From Alphaproteobacteria bacterium (GTDB lineage: Bacteria > Pseudomonadota > Alphaproteobacteria > MPNO01), in assembly GCA_965202905.1 (NCBI GenBank), contig OZ241868.1, forward strand, positions 516,879-580,878: 64,000 bases of DNA, written 5' to 3'. A model generated the notes under the pieces. The model saw only the letters and a program-made list of their open reading frames with translations, was not told where the DNA came from and made no database searches. The position numbers and the translations under genes were made by a program. Below, piece by piece: positions 28,201 through 35,709 of this stretch. Every line of letters begins with the position of its first letter. The first letter of the stretch is position 1.

Positions 28201-28439
28201 ACGGGTCCGCATCCGGCCGCGCGGGCGCCGGGAAATCGATGGAACTCCGAGCGTGACGTTCATCGCCAGGTTTTCGGTCTCCGACCCGCGGCGGCGCACG
28301 GCAGGGAGTCGATCGGCGGCGATGCGCGGGCACAGATCCCGGGATCGCCGGCCGAAACGATGGAATTGGCGACTGCGCGCTCGCCAAGGGCGCGTCCGGC
28401 TGATCCGATGCCGCCCAGGCCGATCGTCCGCAGGGCTGA

Positions 28440-28637
28440 TGGAGCGCGATCCCCCCGATCGGCGCTGCGCTGCACGATCCGCGCGCGATCGCCTGTTTGC
28501 TGCGGCCGGACCTGTTCACCGGCGCGCCGGCCAGGGTGGCCGTGGCGAGCGCGGAGTCGGTCGAGATCGGCCGCACCGTCGTCGACTTCGATGCGGATGG
28601 GATCTTCGGAGTGATCGGGGAGCGACTCAGCCCTTGA
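28440..28637 (+). pseudogene. C-terminal remnant of an inosine-uridine-preferring nucleoside hydrolase
   Basis: frame lacking a start, reads ...LHDPRAIACLLRPDLFTGAPARVAVASAESVEIGRTVVDFDADGIFGVIGERLSP*, like IUNH C-termini; in-frame stop just upstream at 28437. Confidence 0.4.
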
Positions 28638-29853
28638 GCAGGGCCTGGAGCTTGACCACGGGATCGGCGAGCGCTGTCGGGTCGAGCGCCTTGCCGGCCT
28701 GCATCAGCCGCTTGGCGAAACGGATGTCGCGCGGGTTGTTGATCGCCGCGGCGCCCTCGATACGGCCGTCCTTGAGATAGAACTCGATGAACCGGTTCTT
28801 CTGGCGCTCGCCGCGGATGACGGTCTCATCCCACTCGACCGGCAGTCCGATGAGCTGGATGTTGAGATCGTACTGGTCCGACCAGAACCAGGGGATCTCC
28901 TCGTAAGGGGCCTCGCCGCCCAGCATCGCCTTGGCCGCGGCGATTGCCTGGTTCTGGGCGTTCTCCCAGGACTCCAGCCGGATCCGCCGGCCGAGCAGCC
29001 CGTTCGGGTGGTTGGTGACGTCGCCCGCAGCATAGATATCCGGGTCCGAAGTCCGGCCGAACGCGTCGACGATAACGCCGTTGTCGACCTCGAGCCCCGC
29101 CGCGGCGGCGAGCTCGACATTGGGGATCAGCCCGATGCCGATCACCACGACCGAGGCCGGCAGCACCGTTCCGTCGGGCAGGCGCACGCCGCTTACCCGG
29201 TCGTCGCCGAGAATCGCCTCGATCGAGGCGCCCAGGCGCACGTCGATCCCGCGTTCGCGATGGATCTCGTGCAGGCAAGCTGCGAAATCGGGCGTCAACG
29301 CCCGCCCGCAAAGCTGGTCCAGCGCCTCCAGGACGATCACATCGGCCCCCAACATGCGCCCGGCCGCGGCGACCTCGAGCCCGATCCAGCCGCCGCCGAC
29401 CACGACCAGCTTTGCGCCCTCGGAGATGTCGGCCCGGATCGCTGCGCTGTCGGGGATGTCGCGCAGGTAGTGCACGCCGACAAGCTCGTTGCCTTCGATC
29501 GGCAGCGTGCGGACCCGCCCGCCTGTCGCCAGCATCAGCTTGTCGTATGCGACCGCTTCGCCACCCGCCAGAATCACCGTTTTGGTCCCGCGGTCGATCG
29601 CGGTCGCCGCCGTCCCGGTGCGCAGCTCGATCCGCTGTTTATCAAAAGCACCTTCGGGCCACAGATAGCTCGATTCCGCCGGCTCCTTGCCCAGGAGCAC
29701 TTCCTTGGAGAGCGGCGGGCGCTCATAGGGCGGATAGGCCTCTTCGCCGATCAGGACGATCCGGCCTTCGAAGTCTTCGTCGCGCAACGTCTTGGCGGTC
29801 CAGCCGCCGGCCTGGCCGGCGCCGACGACCACGATCGTTCCGATGGCGTCCAT
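28627..29853 (-). CDS. FAD-dependent ferredoxin--NAD(P)+ reductase (Rieske-oxygenase reductase component)
   Basis: 408 aa; VVVGAGQAG and VVGGGWIGLE dinucleotide folds; CamA/BphA4-type. Confidence 0.85.
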   Translation of the reverse strand: MDAIGTIVVVGAGQAGGWTAKTLRDEDFEGRIVLIGEEAYPPYERPPLSKEVLLGKEPAESSYLWPEGAFDKQRIELRTGTAATAIDRGTKTVILAGGEAVAYDKLMLATGGRVRTLPIEGNELVGVHYLRDIPDSAAIRADISEGAKLVVVGGGWIGLEVAAAGRMLGADVIVLEALDQLCGRALTPDFAACLHEIHRERGIDVRLGASIEAILGDDRVSGVRLPDGTVLPASVVVIGIGLIPNVELAAAAGLEVDNGVIVDAFGRTSDPDIYAAGDVTNHPNGLLGRRIRLESWENAQNQAIAAAKAMLGGEAPYEEIPWFWSDQYDLNIQLIGLPVEWDETVIRGERQKNRFIEFYLKDGRIEGAAAINNPRDIRFAKRLMQAGKALDPTALADPVVKLQALLKG

Positions 29854-29874
29854 CGCAGGTTCGGGCCGCCGGGA

Positions 29875-30195
29875 TCAGCCCGGTACGCCGACCATGATGT
29901 CGTCGCCGTCGATCTTGATCTCGTAGGTTTTCAGGTCCTCGGTCACAGGCGGGGTCATCGCCTTGCCCGATTTGATGTCGAAGCACCCGCCATGCAGCGG
30001 GCACTCGATCAACGCGCCTTCGATGTAGCCATCCGCCAGCGAGGCATAGGCGTGGGTGCAGATGTCGTCGGTCGCGTAGAACTCGCCCTCGAGGTTGTAG
30101 ATCGCGATTTCTTTCTTGCCGATCACGACCTGCAAGGCTTCGCCGTCGTCGAGATCGCCCGTCTTTGCGACCGCGTGGAACTCGATATCGCTCAT
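29875..30195 (-). CDS. Rieske [2Fe-2S] ferredoxin
   Basis: 106 aa from MSDIEFHAV; CTHAYASL...CPLHGGCF; GGAG RBS; listed ORF trimmed. Confidence 0.85.
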   Translation of the reverse strand: MSDIEFHAVAKTGDLDDGEALQVVIGKKEIAIYNLEGEFYATDDICTHAYASLADGYIEGALIECPLHGGCFDIKSGKAMTPPVTEDLKTYEIKIDGDDIMVGVPG

Positions 30196-30427
30196 TATGC
30201 GCTGTGTCTCCGTGTTGTCCGATCCCGCGCGGAAACCGGCCTTTGGATCCGGGCCGAACCGCGCAATCCGGGCAACGCGCCCGCTTGGCTCGGTCGGGCG
30301 GAGTGTACACAGCCCCCCGGAACGTGCCAACCGGTATCGCCCGCGATGGCCAGCGCGCCGGGCCGCCGGTATAGTCCGCCGGATCGTCGAATGCGCAACG
30401 TCGAACGCGCAACAGGGAACCGACAGC

Positions 30428-31669
30428 TTGCCCGAGAACGATGCCCCGCTGGTCTGGCCGCAGGAGGGCGTGAGCCGCGTCCCCTACCGGGTCTATTCCG
30501 AGCCCGGGATCTACGAAGCTGAACAGCGCAAAATCTTTCGCGGCGATGTCTGGCATTTCCTGTTGATGGACCAGGAGATCCCCGAGCCCGGCGACTACCG
30601 CACCGTCGAGGTCGGCGAGACTCCGGTGATCGTGCTGCGCGATGAGACCGGCGCGATCAACGCGATGGTCAACCGCTGCGCCCATCGCGGCAACATGGTG
30701 TGCATAAACAAGGTCGGCCGCGCCGATGGCCGCTTGACTTGCGTCTACCACAACTGGACCTACGACCTGAAGGGACGGCTGGAGGCGGTCGCCTTTCAGC
30801 ACGGCATCGCGCGCCGCGGCGGCATGCCCGAGGATTTCACGATCGCCGATCACGCGCTGGAACGGCTGCGCGTTGACAGCTATTGCGGGCTGGTGTTCGG
30901 AAGCTTCTCGCCATCCGTTGCGCCACTGGCCGACTATCTGGGCGCGGAGATGCGCGCCAACATCGACCGCGTGCTCGGCCGCGAGATGGTGCTGCTGGGC
31001 GCCTACAGCCAGTTCATGCCCAACAACTGGAAGCTTTACATGGAGAACGTGCGGGACTCCTATCACGCGAGCCTGCTGCACGTCTTCTTCACCACCTTCC
31101 GGTTGAACCGGCTGTCGATGGACGGCGGCATTAAGCTCAGCCCGCGCGGCTGGCACCATATCAGCTATTCGATCGCCGCGACCGACCGCGAGGAGGCGCA
31201 GTACGATCCGGACAAGCTGCGCGCGGTCGAAGACGGCTATCGCCTGGCCGATCCGCGGGTGATCGGCGGCTGGCCGGAGTTTGCGTGCGGCACGACGCTG
31301 GCGATCCAGTCGATCTTTCCGAACTTCATAATCCAGCAGACCCGGAACTCGATCGCGCTGCGGGTGTGCATGCCAAAGGGAGCGACCGGCTGCGAACTAT
31401 CCTGGCGCATCCTGGGCGCCGGCGAGGACACCGAAGATCAACGCGCCGCGCGAATCCACCAGTCCAACCTGATCGGGCCCGGCGGGCTGATCTCGATGGA
31501 GGACGGGGTCGTCGGCGGCTGGGTCCAGCGGGGCGCCAAGGCGGACCCGGACCGCGTCTCGCTTCTGGAGATGGGCGGGCGCGATGTCGCGCCCAGCCCG
31601 GGATCGCGTGCGACCGAGGTTTCGGTGCGCGGGTTCTGGAACGGCTTTCGCGATCTGATGGGTGTCTGA
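30428..31669 (+). CDS. Rieske non-heme-iron ring-hydroxylating oxygenase, alpha subunit
   Basis: CAHRGNMVC...CVYHNWTY Rieske motif; DSYHASLLH iron site; TTG start after AGGGA RBS; longer listed ORF overlaps divergent gene. Confidence 0.75.
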   Translation: MPENDAPLVWPQEGVSRVPYRVYSEPGIYEAEQRKIFRGDVWHFLLMDQEIPEPGDYRTVEVGETPVIVLRDETGAINAMVNRCAHRGNMVCINKVGRADGRLTCVYHNWTYDLKGRLEAVAFQHGIARRGGMPEDFTIADHALERLRVDSYCGLVFGSFSPSVAPLADYLGAEMRANIDRVLGREMVLLGAYSQFMPNNWKLYMENVRDSYHASLLHVFFTTFRLNRLSMDGGIKLSPRGWHHISYSIAATDREEAQYDPDKLRAVEDGYRLADPRVIGGWPEFACGTTLAIQSIFPNFIIQQTRNSIALRVCMPKGATGCELSWRILGAGEDTEDQRAARIHQSNLIGPGGLISMEDGVVGGWVQRGAKADPDRVSLLEMGGRDVAPSPGSRATEVSVRGFWNGFRDLMGV

Positions 31670-31696
31670 GGCGATGATTGAGGGGAGGTTTGGCCC

Positions 31697-32554
31697 GTGA
31701 AACTTGTTACCTTCGAGGCTGGCGGCAAGATGTCGTTCGGCGCGGTGACCGAGGCCGGGGTGATCGACCTCGCGCCGCGCCTGAACGGCGTCGGCGGGCT
31801 GATCGACCTGCTTGATGCGGAGGCCTGGTCGCGGGCCGCGGCGGCGGCCAAGGGCGCGCCGGCGGATTACCGGATCAACGAGATCGCCTGTCGCCGGCCC
31901 ATCGGGCAGCCGGAGAAGATCGTCTGCATCGGCGTGAACTACGCCAACCGGAACCTGGAATACGACGACAGCTCGCTGCCGGACTACCCCAGCGTCTTCA
32001 TGCGGGTGCCCGAGACCCTGGTCGGGCACGGCCAGTCTCTGGTGCGCCCGCCCGAATCGGTCCAACTCGATTACGAGGGCGAAATCGCGATCGTCATCGG
32101 CGAGGGCGGCCGGCGGATCCCGCGCGAACGGGCGCTGTCGCACATCGCGGCGCTGACCTGCCTGAACGAGGGCTGCATCCGCGACTGGATGCGCCACGGC
32201 AAGTTCAACGTCACCCAGGGCAAGAACTTCGATCGCTGCGGCGCGGTCGGGCCGTGGTTGGTGACCGCCGATGAGTTCGCCGGCGGCTACGGCGACTTGC
32301 GGGTGACCTGCCGGGTAAACGGCGAGGTGCGCCAGGACGACACCACCGCCAACCTGATCTTCGATTTCGCCGATCTGGTGAGCTACGTCTCGACCTGGGC
32401 GAGCCTGAAGCGCGGCGACATCATCTCCACCGGGACTCCGATCGGCGCCGGCGTCCGGTTCGATCCGCCCAAATGGCTGGTCCCGGGAGATGTCGTCGAG
32501 GTCGAGGTCTCCGGTATCGGGACGCTGTCCAACCCGGTCGTCGACGAGGCTTAG
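31697..32554 (+). CDS. FAH-family hydrolase (fumarylpyruvate hydrolase-like)
   Basis: 285 aa GTG start; FAH-domain motifs (GVNYANRN, EGEIAIVIG, GDIISTGTPIG). Confidence 0.8.
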   Translation: MKLVTFEAGGKMSFGAVTEAGVIDLAPRLNGVGGLIDLLDAEAWSRAAAAAKGAPADYRINEIACRRPIGQPEKIVCIGVNYANRNLEYDDSSLPDYPSVFMRVPETLVGHGQSLVRPPESVQLDYEGEIAIVIGEGGRRIPRERALSHIAALTCLNEGCIRDWMRHGKFNVTQGKNFDRCGAVGPWLVTADEFAGGYGDLRVTCRVNGEVRQDDTTANLIFDFADLVSYVSTWASLKRGDIISTGTPIGAGVRFDPPKWLVPGDVVEVEVSGIGTLSNPVVDEA

Positions 32555-32612
32555 GCGGCGCTATTCGTCTTCCGGACCGCCCGAAGCCGGCCGGGTTGCG
32601 CGGTTCCGCTAG

Positions 32613-32695
32613 TGGATCAACCGAGACATTTGAATCCCCCGGCCGATGATGATCTGGCGACCATAACGCATTCAAATGTCTCGATAAGTTGATCC
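32613..32695. repeat. imperfect inverted repeat (23/27-nt arms, 33-nt spacer) in an AT-rich intergenic region
   Basis: TGGATCAACCGAGACATTTGAAT ... ATTCAAATGTCTCGATAAGTTGATCCA. Confidence 0.6.
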
Positions 32696-32708
32696 ATCAA
32701 CATAAAAA

Positions 32709-32742
32709 CCAGTGGTTCGAAGCGAAATATTCGAACCACTGG
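32709..32742. repeat. perfect 13-nt-arm palindrome CCAGTGGTTCGAA-N8-TTCGAACCACTGG
   Basis: read directly; convergent FAH/GST intergenic; no T-tract. Confidence 0.6.
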
Positions 32743-32824
32743 ACTATCGCGCGGCGGTGAACTCCCCGTTCCGCGTCTGTGACTATGCGAACGCTGCGTG
32801 CCGATAATTTTCGGCGGTTGTCGT

Positions 32825-33532
32825 TCAGTTGCGTGGTGGTTGATTGAGGCCTCGTTGGACGGCGGCGCGATCGAGGCATCGGTCGAGATATGAGACGACA
32901 TTGGGATAGCCCGGCAGGTCGAGCGCATCGGCCGCTTCGTAGAATCCACCAAGCACCCGCACCCAGGGGAAGGTCGCGATGTCGGCGATGGTGTAGTCCT
33001 CGCCCATCAGATACGGCCTTCCGTCCAGACGGCCCTCGAGCACGGCGAGCAGCCGCCTGGTCTCATCCCGGTAGCGGTCGGTCGCGTAGGTGTCAGTCGT
33101 CTTGTCGGCGGCAAATTTGAAAAAGTGTCCGAACTGGCCGAACATCGGCCCGACGCCGCCCATCTGGAACATCAGCCATTGGATGCATTCGTAACGGGCG
33201 GCGGGGTCGGCCGGCAGCAGCTTTGCGGTCTTCTCGGCGAGATAGAGCAGGATCGCCCCGCTCTCGAACAGCGGCAGGGGCTCGCCGCCGGGGCCGTCCG
33301 GGTCGATGATCGCCGGGATCTTGTTGTTGGGGTTGAGCGAGAGGAACTCCGGGGTGAGTTGATCGTCGTTGCCGAAGGAGACCAGATGGGCCTCGTAGGG
33401 CAGCGCCATTTCCTCGAGCGCGATCGAGGCCTTGACCCCATTGGGGGTGGGCAGGGAAAAGAGCTGGACGCGGTCCGGGTGTTTGGCCGGCCAGCGTCTG
33501 GCGATGGGAAAATCGGACAGAGCGGTCATCAC
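32825..33532 (-). CDS. Nu-class glutathione S-transferase (YfcG/YghU-like); possible maleylpyruvate isomerase role
   Basis: LFSLPTPNGVK...NPNNKIPAIIDPDGPGGEPLPLFESGAILLYLAEKT closely resembles E. coli YfcG. Confidence 0.8.
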   Translation of the reverse strand: MMTALSDFPIARRWPAKHPDRVQLFSLPTPNGVKASIALEEMALPYEAHLVSFGNDDQLTPEFLSLNPNNKIPAIIDPDGPGGEPLPLFESGAILLYLAEKTAKLLPADPAARYECIQWLMFQMGGVGPMFGQFGHFFKFAADKTTDTYATDRYRDETRRLLAVLEGRLDGRPYLMGEDYTIADIATFPWVRVLGGFYEAADALDLPGYPNVVSYLDRCLDRAAVQRGLNQPPRN

Positions 33533-33546
33533 GGATCCTGTGCTGG

Positions 33547-34725
33547 TTAGTCGAGATCGACGACCGCGCCGCTATCGGTCTTTCCCTGCGCCCGGTAGTG
33601 GCCGAGCTTGGAGATCAGCGGCAGGTCGGTATAGCTGTAGAGGATGGCGTCGCCGGTCCCGGTGTTGACCAATCGGCGCCAGCGGTGATTGGGCACGACG
33701 AAGAAGTCGTTGCGCGCCCATTCCAGGGGCTCGCCGTCGACCTCGGTACGGCCCTGGCCGTCCATCACCCAGTAGACGGTCGAGGCGGTGTGGCGGAACG
33801 GCTGGGTCGCCTCGCCCGGGCGCAGGAGCTGGGCGCGGTAGGAGATGGTCGTGAAAACCGGCGTGCCGTCCTCCGGGTTGACCAGCTCGACGATCACGCC
33901 CTCATGGGGGTCGCCGTCGTAGCCGGACAGGTCGTCGAGCGCGGACCGGATGTCGACGCCCGAATAGAGGAACATCGGCGTCACGCCGCACCCGGAACCG
34001 CGGTGATGGGCTTCGAACAGCGGCCGGATCCCGCCGTGCCCGTAAAAGCGCTTGGAGAAGTTCTCCACCGGCTCGCCGTGATCGATCGCGTTCTTGGAGT
34101 CGTTTCGCGCCCAGGCGCATCCCAGGAAATCGATCAGCGGCCAGTCCAGCGTGTCCGCCCAGATCACCGGCGTGTCGTCGTCGTTGCCGTGGGCGTGCCA
34201 AGTGCCGTTGGGCGTGAACACCAGATCGCCGCGTTGGGGCAGGATCTTCTCGCCCTCGACGACGGTGTAGCCGCCGCCATCGGAGATGATCGTCCGGCTG
34301 GCGTTGGGCGCGTGCATGTGCGATTCGGCATCGTCGCCGCGCTTGTAGATCGAGATCGCGATGCGCATCGTGTTGGTGACTTTGATCCCCTTGGTCCCGA
34401 AGGCTGGGTTGGTCAGCAGCACGGACTGGCGCTCGGTGAGCTCGAGCGGGCAGAGCTCGGCGAGCTTGAGCAGGTTGGGCTCGATGTCGGACCATTTCCA
34501 GACATGCGGGGCGGGCGCGGGGTACTCGACCGTCAGGCTGTGCGGGCCGGGCTGGGGCCGGTCCGCACTTCCCAGATGCCAGGCGGTCTGGTTGGGCAGG
34601 TTCCAGCGCGTCCTGATCCAGATGTGGCGCTCGCGCACCTGCTGATTGAGCTCTTCGAGTTCGTTTACGATCAGTTCGAGCTCATGCGCACGGTCGCGCC
34701 GAGCCGATTCCGTGACGGTCGCCAT
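33547..34725 (-). CDS. gentisate 1,2-dioxygenase (bicupin)
   Basis: 392 aa; two cupin modules with His motifs (HAHGND...; HRHTAS). Confidence 0.8.
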   Translation of the reverse strand: MATVTESARRDRAHELELIVNELEELNQQVRERHIWIRTRWNLPNQTAWHLGSADRPQPGPHSLTVEYPAPAPHVWKWSDIEPNLLKLAELCPLELTERQSVLLTNPAFGTKGIKVTNTMRIAISIYKRGDDAESHMHAPNASRTIISDGGGYTVVEGEKILPQRGDLVFTPNGTWHAHGNDDDTPVIWADTLDWPLIDFLGCAWARNDSKNAIDHGEPVENFSKRFYGHGGIRPLFEAHHRGSGCGVTPMFLYSGVDIRSALDDLSGYDGDPHEGVIVELVNPEDGTPVFTTISYRAQLLRPGEATQPFRHTASTVYWVMDGQGRTEVDGEPLEWARNDFFVVPNHRWRRLVNTGTGDAILYSYTDLPLISKLGHYRAQGKTDSGAVVDLD

Positions 34726-34839
34726 ATCGCATCTCCAGAGGTTCGCGCGCCAGTCTTCGCCGCGAAGCGTTGCCGGTCAAGGGCCATATGAGCCATCCCG
34801 GGGTGCATCGCCGGCCCTTGGCGCGTAGGATGCCGGTCC

Positions 34840-35313
34840 ATGCACTCCAGGGACGCGGAACGGGCGATCGAGGCGCTGATCCACGACTATGCCCATGCGA
34901 TCGACGACGGCCGGCTGGAAGAATGGCCGGACTTCTTCACCGAGGATTGCCTCTACCGCGTGATCTCCAGGGAGAGCCACGAGCAGGGCCAGCCCGTCGG
35001 GATCATGTCCTGCGAGGGGATCGGCATGATGCGCGACCGCATCCTGGCGCTTCGCGTGGCCAACATCTATGAGCCGCACGTCTATCGACACCTGATCAGC
35101 GCCATCCGCATCGAAGACGGCGTCGCGGAACCCTATCGGGTGCGGACCGGATTTGCCGTCATCCGCACCATGCAAAGCGGCGAAATCAGTGTCTTTCTGT
35201 CGGGCAAGTATCTGGATTCCATCGTTTTCGAGGCCGGGATGGCGAAGTTCCGAGAGCGCATCGTGGTCTGCGACTCCGGCCGTATCGACACGCTGATCGT
35301 CATACCGCCGTGA
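34840..35313 (+). CDS. ring-hydroxylating dioxygenase beta subunit (NTF2-like)
   Basis: 157 aa; DYAHAIDDGRLEEWPDFFTEDCLYRV typical of RHO small subunits. Confidence 0.75.
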   Translation: MHSRDAERAIEALIHDYAHAIDDGRLEEWPDFFTEDCLYRVISRESHEQGQPVGIMSCEGIGMMRDRILALRVANIYEPHVYRHLISAIRIEDGVAEPYRVRTGFAVIRTMQSGEISVFLSGKYLDSIVFEAGMAKFRERIVVCDSGRIDTLIVIPP

Positions 35314-35499
35314 CCGGCCCAAAGGTCCCTATGACGCCGGATTCGGCGGGTTCGGCAGGTTCACCATCCAGGCCCTGAACCATACGACCAAAACGTGTGA
35401 TGCCGATTTTACTCTGGATTCTCTAGAGGATGCTAAGGTATGATGGTCAAGAAACTTCGATAATGTCGTAAGGCCATGCGACGGAGGCCACTCTGACTA

Positions 35500-35706
35500 A
35501 TGGCAGACACGAGACGAACTTCCAGAAAGCCTGCTGGCAGACGCCCTGGGGCAAACCGGCCCGTCCCAATTTCGGCGTTTCACGGCAAAGACGAGATCAT
35601 GCCTGGCTCAGAGCGCCTGCAAACGGGCCTGCAACGTCAATCACCGGAGGGAATGGAATTGTATCTATATCGAATGTCCCCGTTACTGTCCCTCGTGGAG
35701 TTTTAA
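35500..35706 (+). CDS. hypothetical small basic protein (68 aa), translationally coupled to the helicase
   Basis: GGAGG 12 nt upstream; stop 4 nt before helicase ATG; R/K-rich N-terminus; low-GC codon usage like the helicase. Confidence 0.35.
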   Translation: MADTRRTSRKPAGRRPGANRPVPISAFHGKDEIMPGSERLQTGLQRQSPEGMELYLYRMSPLLSLVEF

Positions 35707-35709
35707 ATA

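Noticed and set aside
30116-30427. 5' extension of the oxygenase alpha ORF overlapping the divergent ferredoxin gene
   Set aside because: It would overlap a conserved gene on the opposite strand. An in-frame TTG with AGGGA RBS at 30428 gives a canonical alpha-subunit N-terminus.
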